From contig WQVK01000004.1 of the NCBI GenBank assembly GCA_009784025.1, positions 13,903 through 77,902 on the forward strand: a stretch of 64,000 nucleotides of DNA, given 5' to 3'. This document shows positions 21,131 to 31,206 of the stretch, piece after piece; position 1 is the stretch's first letter; each line of letters opens with the position of its first letter. The notes beneath the pieces were generated by a model that searched no databases, was not told the DNA's origin, and was given only the letters and a program-made list of their open reading frames with translations. This DNA comes from Defluviitaleaceae bacterium. GTDB lineage: Bacteria > Bacillota > Clostridia > Lachnospirales > WQUN01. The position numbers and the translations under genes are program-made.

Positions 21131-22414
21131 CTAACCCATAACCTCTATTTTCTTCCCGCGCGCAACCTCCATCAAAACCACAGCCCCCATCACCATAAAC
21201 AGCAAAATACAACCTGCAAACAGCAACCGCCTGTCAAATCCGGCCACAAGCCCAGCAAGATATCCAAACGGGCTGGCCGCCCCAAGCATAATCACCATAA
21301 GCATGCCACGAATCCGTGCGCGTTCTGCGGGGTTAATATTATTCACTACCATGGTGTCCCGCCGTGGCAGGAACATAGCCGCCGCGCAAGCGTCCATTAC
21401 GATAAAAATAAGCAGCGGGAACATCAACCCCGCCGGGGTAAAAATAAGCAATATATAGGCAACAATATACACCACAAGCCCTGCAATCATCACCTTATGC
21501 ATGGCAATCATATCTAGCAGCCGCTGGAAAACCAAGAAAAACGCCAGCATAACCGCCCCCCTAAGTACATTAAAATTGGCCAAATGATGTTCCGGCAGCG
21601 CTAAATCCTGGGTTACAAAAATGGAGAAAAAACTCCCTGCCACCATCATCTGTATATTAAGCGCAATAATCAGCAATAGTACTCGCCTGGTGGCCGTTGT
21701 GGTAAAAATCTGCCGCAGCACGCCCTTATATTCCAGCAGCATAGTTAGCACAGAAACATTGGCTGTCTCCTTCATGCGAATCAAGCCCTGTCGCGTTTCT
21801 GTGGCATAATAAAAATGGATAATAAACTTGGCCATCATGCTTACAAAAGAAAAGCCCAAAATCACCCGCATCACCGGCACAAGGCTAAATTCAAAAATAA
21901 AATACCCCGCAATCGGCGTAACAAAAACCGCCAACAACCCAGCAATATAAACCCAATTAAACAACTTTACAATAGAGTCAGGCTCTGCATCTTCTACCAG
22001 CAAGCTCTCCCAAGCATTAGCGCTTGTAGGAAACATCCCGTGGAAAACCGCCGCCACCAAAAACCACCTAAAATCCTGCGCCAGCGCCCATATCAAACAA
22101 GGTACAGCCCAAGAAACAATATCCCCCACCAGCATAGACCGCCGCCGCCCAAACTTATCATTGATAACGCCACCCAGCACCCCTGTTGTCATCTGTACAA
22201 TCAGCCCCACCGAAAGAAGGATACCAATATCGGCATCCTCCAAACCAAGGCTAAACATAAACAAGGTCAAAAATGGAAAATAAAGATTATAAGGAATCCC
22301 CCAAAGCGGCTCTGTAAAAACCGCAACTCTAGGGTTACCCCTCAGCGCAAAAAGCGGTGCAAAAGTTTTCGAAATAAGACGTTTAATGGTGGGCCTCCAA
22401 GGAATTAAAACCAA
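21131..22414 (-). CDS. MFS transporter (start uncertain)
   Basis: About 12 TM helices and the MFS motif A GVINDKFGRRRS. The first 23 codons of the ORF track are encoded by a family-C repeat, so the start was moved to an internal TTG. There is no clear RBS. Confidence 0.8.
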   Translation of the reverse strand: MVLIPWRPTIKRLISKTFAPLFALRGNPRVAVFTEPLWGIPYNLYFPFLTLFMFSLGLEDADIGILLSVGLIVQMTTGVLGGVINDKFGRRRSMLVGDIVSWAVPCLIWALAQDFRWFLVAAVFHGMFPTSANAWESLLVEDAEPDSIVKLFNWVYIAGLLAVFVTPIAGYFIFEFSLVPVMRVILGFSFVSMMAKFIIHFYYATETRQGLIRMKETANVSVLTMLLEYKGVLRQIFTTTATRRVLLLIIALNIQMMVAGSFFSIFVTQDLALPEHHLANFNVLRGAVMLAFFLVFQRLLDMIAMHKVMIAGLVVYIVAYILLIFTPAGLMFPLLIFIVMDACAAAMFLPRRDTMVVNNINPAERARIRGMLMVIMLGAASPFGYLAGLVAGFDRRLLFAGCILLFMVMGAVVLMEVARGKKIEVMG

Positions 22415-22421
22415 ATAATTG

Positions 22422-22494
22422 AAACCGTCAGAGGCTTCGCCTCCGACACCTCCAAAAACTTTTTGAAAAAAGTTTGGACACAAACTTTAATTTT
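22422..22494 (+). repeat. Family-C two-hairpin module
   Basis: The sequence is AAACCGTCAGAGGCTTCGCCTCCGACACCTCCAAAAACTTTTTGAAAAAAGTTTGG.. Confidence 0.65.
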
Positions 22495-22547
22495 GTAGTA
22501 GTTTTTCAAAGAGAAGCCGTGGTATGGGGACAACCACCACGGTCTTA

Positions 22548-23936
22548 TTACAATGTAAAGTTCGCTAGTATAAAATCGTCCTCGCCGGCGTCGTCATTAT
22601 AGTTGTCGTTGTAATCGTAGCCGTTGTAGTCGTAATATTCGTCGTTATCATCTTCGCTGGCGGGTTCGTGTACTTGTACTTGTAGTATCGGGCGTTGGCT
22701 TATTAGGTTAAAGCCGTCTGGCAGGGTTACTGTTAGCGGTACATCGTGAAGGCCTATCACAAAATCGAAAAGGTTCAGGTCTAGGCCAATATCTGTGTAA
22801 TGTAGCTCATACAGCAGCGACCTTGGGCCGCTTATTGTTATGTTAATGGGCAGGTCTTCGCCCAAAATTTGCGAGATTATGCCAAGGCTACGGGTGCGTA
22901 TTTGTTCCCTAGGTATGCTGAATGTTCGGGTTTCTGTGGGGTCTAATGTGACATTTACATAAATATGCGGCGACATATCTTGCCGCAGAGCAACCCCTGG
23001 CGGCAACCAATCTTCAATGTTAATGGTAGATGCTAAATCTGAATAAAGGCCATCTATATCTATGTCTATAGTGATGTACGGGAGTTCTTCTAGGGTATAG
23101 GCTTCGGCCACCACATAGAACTCGTTCGGCTCAAAGGAATATTCCAGCAGCGAGAAGTTTTCTGCTGGCTCGCCCACTAGGTTAATGTTCACATTTAGCG
23201 AATCTATGGGTAGTATTTGTATTCTTGCGGTAGTTTCTGTTACATTTAGCTGCACTTTGTCTGTCATATCGTAGCCACTGTGGCAGTATACGATAATGGG
23301 CAAGGTAAGCTCTGTAGATGAATGTATGGGCGAAAGGTCAATGGACACACCCACCCCTGCAACATTGTTTACATCGGACCTTGCGCCGGTTACTGTCACA
23401 TTTGTGTTAAGAAGCTCTATGCCTTGCAGCTCGTGGCCAGGCGCAACGCCGCCAACTATATTCCTTGCTACCATAAAGCGTTCTGTTATTACTGCGTCTA
23501 TCTCCAAGTGGACTATGCCTGGGGTGATTGATAAATGCTCAAATTCTTGGTAAAGGTTAACGCTAACATTTAGCGGCACAATAACCACGCCTTCTGCATC
23601 TAGCACCATTTGGGTGTCTATCGCGCCAAGGTTTATGCTGGGCACTATGGCATTGGCCACAAAGGCAGGCTCGCGGCTGCGCAGGTTGTCTAAATCTTGC
23701 CCATGGCCGCGTATTACTATATTTACAATGGTATCGCGCAATTCTTCTTCATTTACCAGCACCAGCCTATCGCGGGAAAGTACTTCAAAGTTATGCAGCT
23801 GCAGTGGCATGTGAAAAGGCTCGTTCCGTAAGGGGTTAAACACATTAGCCCCTATAAACCATAATGAAAATGCCAGCACCAGGCTTAGCAGCTTCCAATG
23901 CAAATCTTTGTAAAAAAACGCGAGGAATTTTCTCAT
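22548..23936 (-). CDS. cdaR: YbbR-domain protein, CdaA regulator CdaR-like
   Basis: 462 aa with an N-terminal TM helix and repeated YbbR-like beta domains. A 4-nt overlap links it to cdaA. It has an unusual acidic Tyr/Asn/Asp tail (DNDEYYDYNGYDYNDNYNDD). Confidence 0.8.
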   Translation of the reverse strand: MRKFLAFFYKDLHWKLLSLVLAFSLWFIGANVFNPLRNEPFHMPLQLHNFEVLSRDRLVLVNEEELRDTIVNIVIRGHGQDLDNLRSREPAFVANAIVPSINLGAIDTQMVLDAEGVVIVPLNVSVNLYQEFEHLSITPGIVHLEIDAVITERFMVARNIVGGVAPGHELQGIELLNTNVTVTGARSDVNNVAGVGVSIDLSPIHSSTELTLPIIVYCHSGYDMTDKVQLNVTETTARIQILPIDSLNVNINLVGEPAENFSLLEYSFEPNEFYVVAEAYTLEELPYITIDIDIDGLYSDLASTINIEDWLPPGVALRQDMSPHIYVNVTLDPTETRTFSIPREQIRTRSLGIISQILGEDLPINITISGPRSLLYELHYTDIGLDLNLFDFVIGLHDVPLTVTLPDGFNLISQRPILQVQVHEPASEDDNDEYYDYNGYDYNDNYNDDAGEDDFILANFTL

Positions 23937-24793
23937 GATTTATTCCTCCTTTTCTTGCCGATAAACAGCGAAAAGCGTGATTTAACTGGCTCACCCCATA
24001 TTAGCAGGTCGCGCATATGGTTTTCGGTTACATCGCGGGTAAGCTTGCCGTCTACTGCTAGGGAAATTATGCCGGTTTCTTCGGAAACCACAACCACCCT
24101 GGCATCTGAATGTTCTGTTATGCCAATAGCGGCTCTATGCCGCGTGCCAAGGGCATTGTCAATGCTTTCCGCCGTAAGGGGCAAAATGCATGACGCAGAG
24201 CTAATCCTGTTTTCGCGTATTACAACAGCCCCATCGTGAAGCGGGGCGTTTTTTTCGAAAATATTCATCAGTAGGCGGGCGCTTACTTGGGCATCTATCA
24301 TCACGCCGGTGCGCTCGTGCTCGCTAAGGTCAACTTCTTGCTCTAGCACGATTATTGCGCCGGTGAGGGAGTTGGCCATGGCTCTGGTGGCTTTGATAAT
24401 CTCATCTACCGTATGTGCAGATGTATGGACGCGCTGCTCTGTTTCTGCCCGCAGGTTAAACAAATACTGCCCCCGGCCAATTTGCTCTAGGGCTTTGCGT
24501 AGCTCTGGCTGGAATAAGATTACAACCACCACAAGCCCCATGCCAATGGTGTTTTGCACAATCCATTGCACGGTAACAAGGTTAAAAATTTCTGCAAAAA
24601 GCGCAATAATAAGCACAAAGGCAATGCCTTTTAGCAACACCCAAGCCTGGGTGCGGCGTATCCAGCGCAAAACCAAATGCAATAACGATGCAATTATTAA
24701 AATGTCTAGAACCTGAACCAGGCCGATTTCCGGCATGTTAAAAACAGGGACATTGGTAATCTCAAGTAGCCAGTTTGTGATTGTTGTAAACAT
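23933..24793 (-). CDS. cdaA: Diadenylate cyclase CdaA
   Basis: Three N-terminal TM helices. DAC-domain motifs are LHDGAVVI, GTRHRAA and VVSEETG. Confidence 0.92.
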   Translation of the reverse strand: MFTTITNWLLEITNVPVFNMPEIGLVQVLDILIIASLLHLVLRWIRRTQAWVLLKGIAFVLIIALFAEIFNLVTVQWIVQNTIGMGLVVVVILFQPELRKALEQIGRGQYLFNLRAETEQRVHTSAHTVDEIIKATRAMANSLTGAIIVLEQEVDLSEHERTGVMIDAQVSARLLMNIFEKNAPLHDGAVVIRENRISSASCILPLTAESIDNALGTRHRAAIGITEHSDARVVVVSEETGIISLAVDGKLTRDVTENHMRDLLIWGEPVKSRFSLFIGKKRRNKS

Positions 24794-24806
24794 TGTCTAC
24801 TTTCCT

Positions 24807-25820
24807 TTACGCCTCTGGGGCGTCATAATTTTCTGATTCTGGGCGGATTCTTTTTACCACCCGTTGCGATTTTGCCATTGTTATCTTGGGTACGATTTTC
24901 ACATGATAGAAGTTGTTATCGTCTTCAAATTGCACAGATTCTGCCCGCTGGTAGTCTAATATTCCATCGAAGAACCGTACAACCCAGGCCAGCACGCCGC
25001 ATATGATGCTGCCCAGCACCACCATGCCAATGCTTATGGTTTCCCCTGCTACAATCACTGCCATGATGAAACCAAAAATATTTATCACGCTGCCTAGTAA
25101 AATTGCAATTTCCTTAGCGTAGTCAATAGAATGGCGGCTTAGGAAATGCACAAGTACAATAACCATAGCAAATATAATGGCAGTAAACAGCCATGTTTGC
25201 GTCGCGCCAATGCTAGACATTAGCGTGGTGTAGATTTCTGTAAAAGCTGCGGGTAGTTCTGTAAAAATATCGCCGATATCAAGGTCTGTCATGCCAGCAA
25301 TAGCGCCGCCAGGTGCCATTAGCCCAAACAAGACCGGAATCTGGGCATTAACAAACACCCCAACAGAAACCGGGATAATAGCCGTGATAGGAAAATACAT
25401 ACCCACCAAAATAGGCACAAGATAAGGGATATTAAACTGAAAAGCCATGATGGTGAAAAGAATTAAAATAGATTCCTTGGGCGCCATGCGCGCGTAAAAC
25501 AAGAATACAAACAGCAAGAACAAACAAACCGCAATGGCAATCTCCACATTGGCTGTAAACTGAAATGTTATGCTAAGGATAATAATTATCCAGCTTAAAT
25601 TCATGGGTACAATGGTAAACAATATCGCAAAGAATAAATTAACCATCCAGGGCGAAAACGCCTCTACAATAGGTAAAAAAGCATCCCCTACATGGCCGAT
25701 ATTATTTATTTGAGTAAACACAAACAGCCCTAGCAGAAACTTTGCCACGGGCAGTATTATAAACTCAAACTGCTTAAAAATTTTAACTATTAAATCCCTT
25801 GCTGTTAGAATTTGCGCCAT
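24807..25820 (-). CDS. Polytopic membrane protein, unknown function
   Basis: 337 aa with about 8 TM helices. It lies 13 nt upstream of cdaA on the same strand. Confidence 0.6.
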   Translation of the reverse strand: MAQILTARDLIVKIFKQFEFIILPVAKFLLGLFVFTQINNIGHVGDAFLPIVEAFSPWMVNLFFAILFTIVPMNLSWIIIILSITFQFTANVEIAIAVCLFLLFVFLFYARMAPKESILILFTIMAFQFNIPYLVPILVGMYFPITAIIPVSVGVFVNAQIPVLFGLMAPGGAIAGMTDLDIGDIFTELPAAFTEIYTTLMSSIGATQTWLFTAIIFAMVIVLVHFLSRHSIDYAKEIAILLGSVINIFGFIMAVIVAGETISIGMVVLGSIICGVLAWVVRFFDGILDYQRAESVQFEDDNNFYHVKIVPKITMAKSQRVVKRIRPESENYDAPEA

Positions 25821-25872
25821 AATATTTGCAAAATCCTTCCTTCGCTGGAAACATTGGGTTAATCAATGTTTC

Positions 25873-26712
25873 TTATTCGCTATCTTGTTGGTTGTCGGTA
25901 TTTTCAGTTTCTGGCGGTGCATCGTATAGGGATGTGCGCCTTGGCCTTGTACTGCCGTCTAGCCCGCTATGGTGCCTTGGGCTGCTGTCGCCTTCAAGCT
26001 CTGGTAGTTTTGTGCTGGGTTCATTTAGGGTGATTCTTCTTCTGAAGCTGGTATCGTAATTTGATTGGAATGTGCGCTTGTATGGAGTTTCTTCGCTGGC
26101 AGGGCGCTCGCGCCTTGTGCTGCAATCGCTGGCGGGCGGCCTGGTTTCGCGTCTGTAGTTGGTGTCTTGGTTTGCTTGCCGCCTTGGTGTGGGTTCATCA
26201 TATTGTGGCTGCCGCTGGTAGTAGCCTTCGGCGCGGTTGCGCCTTCTTTGGCTGGTATCTTCCTCTATCACTCGGCGCCTTGGCCTGGCTTCTTCTGGCT
26301 CTTCTTCTTCGGCCTCGGCCTGGATATTTCTTTCGTCAAGTTTTTCTAGCCTTTGCAGATGCTGCTGGTATTCTTGCAGCCGTTTTTGAATCACATAATA
26401 TTCCCGCGTGCCTTGCACAGTGCCTATAACAGAATACACGGCCAACATAACCAAAATAAAAAGGATAGAGCTAGTAAGCTCTTCTTGCATGTTAACTTCA
26501 AGCACATCTATGCCGTCGATTAAAATAAGCCGCAGCCAATAAATAATTAAAATAAACACACTACCTAGGCCCACCGCTAAACGTGTGCCTAGGTTTTTTT
26601 TATAGATATAATCGTGACGGAAATAATTGCTTGCGTCACGGTCTGCCGGGCCGTCGTGTTTGTCGTAGAGGGCGAGCTTGGTCATGGTAATGATTTTTCT
26701 CTGGTTTAGCAT
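25873..26712 (-). CDS. Membrane protein with long Arg/Glu/Pro-rich disordered tail
   Basis: 279 aa with two TM helices, a coiled-coil-like segment and then a low-complexity basic tail. Confidence 0.55.
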   Translation of the reverse strand: MLNQRKIITMTKLALYDKHDGPADRDASNYFRHDYIYKKNLGTRLAVGLGSVFILIIYWLRLILIDGIDVLEVNMQEELTSSILFILVMLAVYSVIGTVQGTREYYVIQKRLQEYQQHLQRLEKLDERNIQAEAEEEEPEEARPRRRVIEEDTSQRRRNRAEGYYQRQPQYDEPTPRRQANQDTNYRRETRPPASDCSTRRERPASEETPYKRTFQSNYDTSFRRRITLNEPSTKLPELEGDSSPRHHSGLDGSTRPRRTSLYDAPPETENTDNQQDSE

Positions 26713-26888
26713 TTAAAAAGTTCAGCACCTTCCACGGAAAACATTGATTTATCACTGCAAGCCATGCCATACCGCAGGAAACATGCGGTTTTTGGCGTGT
26801 TTTTAAGAAGCGGCATATGCAAACAGATGATTAAACAATGTCTCCCATACTGAATATTACAATGCTTGCCGCAAAAAGTCCAGACATA

Positions 26889-27014
26889 ATCTAAGAAATA
26901 TAGTGAAATAAATGAGGAACAGTCTTGCTCAAGCAGCACCTGAAACGCAGAGATAAGGCGTTTCAGGCGCTTTTGCTGCGACAGGCGAGGCCGATTTCGA
27001 ATTATTTCACTATA
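26889..27014 (+). mobile_element. Family-B element, full length
   Basis: The sequence is TATAGTGAAATAAATGAGGAACAG..CCTGAAACGCAGAGATAAGGCGTTTCAGG..GGCGAGGCCGATTTCGAATTATTTCACTATA. Confidence 0.85.
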
Positions 27015-27159
27015 ATTTAATTGACATACGTATAGAAATGATTTTGCCGGCTTGGCGTTAAAAATTTTCCAAATCAAATTTACAGAACCCAGCAATTGCG
27101 GGTTTTTTTGGCTTTTCAATATGAAAAAAGACCTCTTTTTATGCCATTTCGCCAAAATT

Positions 27160-27179
27160 ATGGTACCATACGGTACCAT
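27160..27179. repeat. Family-D palindrome ATGGTACCATACGGTACCAT
   Basis: Perfect 8-bp stem with a 4-nt loop, flanked by AAAATT and TTTTCGG. It sits in the divergent region upstream of dnaG. Confidence 0.6.
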
Positions 27180-27397
27180 TTTCGGAAAAAATATCAATTT
27201 CGGAAGAAATGTCGCACAGGACAAAAACTACCCATCCTCCCCCATATGACAACCCCTGCAACACCACCAAAGCCGTATGTTCCCTGCAATACAGCTCATA
27301 CAATACCCAACCACTGCCTCCCACCAAAGATTATTTCACTACACGTAGAGGATTTTGCCCAAGGCCGTCGAATTTAATAAATAAGGGGTGAAAAATT

Positions 27398-29182
27398 ATG
27401 TACCCGCAAGAGATAATAAGCGATGTTCGTGCGCTAAACGATATCTTGGATGTGGTTTCTACGTATGTGCAAATGCAGCCAAGGTCTGGCAACCATTTTG
27501 GGCGCTGCCCCTTTCACCAAGAAAAAACCCCATCTTTTTCCGTAAACCAGGACAAGCAAATTTTCTATTGTTTTGGCTGCGGGGCAGGGGGGAATGTACT
27601 TAATTTTGTTATGAGAATCGAGAATATGGATTTTCTCACTGCCTTAAAATTTTTGGCAGACCGGGTCAATTTTACTCTGCCAGACAAAAAAAATAACCCC
27701 AGCGCAGTAAGACAAGCTGCCCAGCGGGAACTTTCCGCCGAACTTAACAAAAAAGCCGCGCTGTTTTACTACGAATATCTTCATTCCGAAAATGACGACG
27801 CCATGGACACCAGAGATTACCTAGAAGCCCGCGGTGTGGACGCAAAACTGATAAAACGCTTTGGCCTAGGGCTTTCCCCGCCAGAATGGGATGGGTTGAT
27901 AAAACATATCCCAGATGCCAACCCGGCAGATTTAGTCCGGGCAGGCCTAGCCACCGAAAGCAAGAAAAAGCCGGGCCAATACTACGACAGATTCCGAGAA
28001 CGGCTGATGTTCCCTATAATAGACAATCGGGGCAGGGTAGTGGGCTTTGGCGGGCGCATTCTAAAAACTTCCGGCGAAAAGGAAGCAAAATACTTAAACA
28101 CGCCAGAAACAAACCTTTTCTTCAAAAGCAAGCAGCTATACGGCATAAACATAGCCCGCAAGGCAAAATCTCCAGAAATCATAATAGTTGAAGGTTACAT
28201 GGATGTGCTGGCGCTAAACAAAGCCGGTTTTGCCAACACAGTAGGTGTGCTGGGTACAGCCCTTACAGAATCACATGTGATGCTGCTGAAGCAGATTAAC
28301 TGCAAAACCGCAGTGCTAGTGCTAGACAGCGACGCAGCCGGCATAAAGGCAGCGCTGCGGGCCATTCCGCTACTGGTAGCTGGCGGACTAAAAGTAAAGG
28401 TGCTGGATGTATCCGCCAATGATTCTGGTGCAAAAGACCCAGACGAATTCCTGCAAAAGCACGGTAGGTTGGCCTTCACAAAGGTTCTTGCCGAGGCAAA
28501 AAATCACATAACCTTCCAGCTATGGCTTGAAAAAAATAACCACGACCTATCCACCACAGAAGGCAGAATCGACTTCACCACAGAAGCCGCAAAAATAATC
28601 GCAACCCTATCCAGCGATATCGAAACAGACGCCCATGTTAAGGAAATAGCCCAGGCCACAGATATTTCCCCCGCCGCAATCCAAGGCGAGATAAATAAAT
28701 TAAAGGGCACCAGCTCGAAAGAAATAAACCTGCCCCGCAACCTCCCCCTGCTAAGAAAAACCGAAGACAGAGGGTTGCGTGATGCAAAAAAAGGCCTACT
28801 AAGCCTGGTGCTGGCAGATAGCCACGCTGCAAAAGCCCTAAACAAAAGTGGCTTCATAGCCCCGGATGAAATGGGAGGTCATGTGTACGAAAAGCTGCTA
28901 ACCCTAGCCTTCGAAAACGCAGAAAACAACATAAAACCAGCCCCGGCAGATATCATAAGCTATTTCGAAGAAGCAGAAGAGCAGCAGCAAGTGGCGGAAG
29001 TTTTCTTCACTTCCCAGCAATACAGCGATGTGGAAAAAGCCCTAAACGATATGGCGCAGATAGTAAAAAAAGCCCTGATAAAATCTAAAATGATGCAATT
29101 AACAGACCTTGAAGCCATAAAACATATGCAAATTCAAGAAAAAAGCCTTCTGCAGCAGTATATAAGCATGTCGGATGGTTAG
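27398..29182 (+). CDS. dnaG: DNA primase
   Basis: 594 aa with the zinc finger CPFHQEKTPSF..CFGCG and TOPRIM motif IVEGYMDV. Confidence 0.95.
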   Translation: MYPQEIISDVRALNDILDVVSTYVQMQPRSGNHFGRCPFHQEKTPSFSVNQDKQIFYCFGCGAGGNVLNFVMRIENMDFLTALKFLADRVNFTLPDKKNNPSAVRQAAQRELSAELNKKAALFYYEYLHSENDDAMDTRDYLEARGVDAKLIKRFGLGLSPPEWDGLIKHIPDANPADLVRAGLATESKKKPGQYYDRFRERLMFPIIDNRGRVVGFGGRILKTSGEKEAKYLNTPETNLFFKSKQLYGINIARKAKSPEIIIVEGYMDVLALNKAGFANTVGVLGTALTESHVMLLKQINCKTAVLVLDSDAAGIKAALRAIPLLVAGGLKVKVLDVSANDSGAKDPDEFLQKHGRLAFTKVLAEAKNHITFQLWLEKNNHDLSTTEGRIDFTTEAAKIIATLSSDIETDAHVKEIAQATDISPAAIQGEINKLKGTSSKEINLPRNLPLLRKTEDRGLRDAKKGLLSLVLADSHAAKALNKSGFIAPDEMGGHVYEKLLTLAFENAENNIKPAPADIISYFEEAEEQQQVAEVFFTSQQYSDVEKALNDMAQIVKKALIKSKMMQLTDLEAIKHMQIQEKSLLQQYISMSDG

Positions 29183-29233
29183 AATAATAGCGATTGAAAG
29201 GATTGGTGCTTTCTGAAGCCCTTTGAAGATCCA

Positions 29234-30289
29234 TTGTTAATGAACCGCCTGCAAGAACTGGTGGTTCTTAGCAAAAAAAACAAAACCCCGCTTGACCACA
29301 AGGAGATTATGGAATATCTAGGCGATATAGACCTAGACCCAGACCAAGTGGAAAAAACGTATGAATGGCTGGAAAGCCAAGGGGTAGAAACACCGTCTGG
29401 CCTTGACGCAGACACAGAGAAAGAAAAGGAAGTTGACCTTGCCGCAGTAGAAGGTGCAATCAATATAGACGACCATGTTCGCATGTACCTGAAAGAAATT
29501 GGCAAGGTAACGCTGCTAACCGCAGACGACGAAATTGAACTGGCAAAGCGCATGGAAGCAGGTGACGAGCAAGCAAAGCAACGCCTAGCAGAGGCCAACC
29601 TTAGGCTTGTAGTGTCAATTGCAAAGCGGTATGTAGGGCGCGGGATGCTATTTTTGGATTTGATTCAAGAGGGCAATCTGGGGCTTATTAAAGCCGTAGA
29701 AAAATTTGACTATACCAAAGGATATAAATTTAGCACATATGCAACCTGGTGGATACGCCAGGCAATAACCAGGGCAATTGCAGACCAAGCGCGGACTATT
29801 CGTATTCCGGTGCATATGGTGGAGACTATCAACAAGCTTATCCGGGTACAGCGCCAGCTTCTGCAAGAATATGGCCGCGACCCCACTCCAGACGAGCTGG
29901 CAAAGGAAATGCAAATGCCAGTGGAAAAAGTACGGGAAATCATGAAAATAGGACAAGACCCAGTATCGTTAGAAACTCCAATTGGCGAGGAAGAAGACAG
30001 CCACCTTGGCGATTTTATCCCAGATGACGATATCCCAGCCCCGGCAGAGGCAGCGGCATTCACTTTGCTCAAAGAGCAGCTTATAGAAGTGCTGGACACC
30101 TTAACAGAACGGGAAGAAAAAGTTCTGCGTCTTCGTTTTGGCCTAGACGATGGCCGCGCGCGTACCCTAGAAGAAGTAGGCAAGGAGTTTAATGTAACTC
30201 GCGAGCGCATAAGGCAAATTGAAGCCAAGGCATTGCGCAAGCTGCGCCACCCAAGCCGCAGCAAAAAGCTGAAGGATTACCTTGAATAA
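29234..30289 (+). CDS. rpoD: Primary RNA polymerase sigma factor
   Basis: Region 2 is [16 protein letters not shown] and region 4.2 is [30 protein letters not shown]. Confidence 0.97.
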   Translation: MLMNRLQELVVLSKKNKTPLDHKEIMEYLGDIDLDPDQVEKTYEWLESQGVETPSGLDADTEKEKEVDLAAVEGAINIDDHVRMYLKEIGKVTLLTADDEIELAKRMEAGDEQAKQRLAEANLRLVVSIAKRYVGRGMLFLDLIQEGNLGLIKAVEKFDYTKGYKFSTYATWWIRQAITRAIADQARTIRIPVHMVETINKLIRVQRQLLQEYGRDPTPDELAKEMQMPVEKVREIMKIGQDPVSLETPIGEEEDSHLGDFIPDDDIPAPAEAAAFTLLKEQLIEVLDTLTEREEKVLRLRFGLDDGRARTLEEVGKEFNVTRERIRQIEAKALRKLRHPSRSKKLKDYLE

Positions 30290-30947
30290 AATGCTATCCC
30301 CAAGGTTACAGGGGATTATGCCGTTTATCACTGGCGTGCTGGCGGATATTGGCACAGACCATGGATATTTGGCAATAGAGGCAGTGAAGGCCGGGCTTTG
30401 TACCCGGGCGGTTGCATGTGATATCCGGCCAGGGCCGCTAGATGTGGCCAGAGCTAATATTGCGGCGGCAGGGCTAGAACATGCCATCGATGCCCGGCTT
30501 GGCGACGGCTTGGCGCCGCTTTTGCCAGGTGAGGCAGACACCATTGTGGTGGCCGGCATGGGCGGTATGATGATGAAAAAAATAATTTTTAGCGAAATTG
30601 TAAAAGCTATGGAGGCCAGGCTAGTTTTACAGCCCCAGCATGATGCAGAAATGCTGCGGCGCAGCCTGCATTCCAAAGGCTTCGAAATTTTTGAAGAAAA
30701 ATTTGTCATGGATGATGGCAGATTTTATGTGATTTTAGTTGCTTCATTTAAAGGCGATGTGGCAGCGTGGAATGACAGGGAATATTTTCTAGGGAAGCAT
30801 CTGGAAGCCGCTGGTATCCCCGGTTGGCGCTGCTATCTACGCCAGGAAAGGAACAAGATTGCCGCCTATATTGGCAGTATAAAGGTTGAAAATGAAAAAA
30901 ACCTGGCAGAACGGCGGCTTGGCTGGATTTCGGAAGTTTTAGGCTAG
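30282..30947 (+). CDS. trmK: tRNA (adenine22-N1)-methyltransferase TrmK-like
   Basis: 221 aa with DIGTDHGYL and VVAGMGG. It occupies the conserved position after dnaG-rpoD. Confidence 0.8.
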   Translation: MNKMLSPRLQGIMPFITGVLADIGTDHGYLAIEAVKAGLCTRAVACDIRPGPLDVARANIAAAGLEHAIDARLGDGLAPLLPGEADTIVVAGMGGMMMKKIIFSEIVKAMEARLVLQPQHDAEMLRRSLHSKGFEIFEEKFVMDDGRFYVILVASFKGDVAAWNDREYFLGKHLEAAGIPGWRCYLRQERNKIAAYIGSIKVENEKNLAERRLGWISEVLG

Positions 30948-31009
30948 TCATTTTTTTACCTAGCTGCCAAATCTATTACAGTATTTATAAAACAAAAATG
31001 CTCAAACTA

Positions 31010-31137
31010 AACTCGCAAGCATGAGGTCAATACCATTTTTCGATTAAAATTCAAACCATCTGTCGCGGCTAAAACGCGGAAAGTTGGTATGGTTTTAATC
31101 TGAGAATAGTATGCTCGTGTGATTGCGAGTTTTTTCA
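31010..31137. other. Long imperfect hairpin (~125 nt) followed by a T-run
   Basis: The outer stem is AAACTCGCAA / TTGCGAGTTT. The next stem is CATGAG/CTCGTG with a GU pair. The inner hairpin is CGCG-GCTAAAA-CGCG, and the element ends TTTTTTC. Confidence 0.4.
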
Positions 31138-31206
31138 TATGCTAAGGAATTGCTTGCAATTTCTTAGTATATGCCGAAAACAAACAATAATGGGAGGATA
31201 TATAAA

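Noticed and set aside
21083-22408. 144-aa and 197-aa plus-strand ORFs rich in Lys/Arg/Pro/His.
   Set aside because: They are antisense shadows of the hydrophobic MFS transporter gene.
22415-22483. N-terminal 23 codons of the MFS ORF (MCPNFFQKVFGGVGGEASDGFNY).
   Set aside because: They are encoded by a family-C repeat. The same peptide-like string appears in the spurious ORF 16931..17173.
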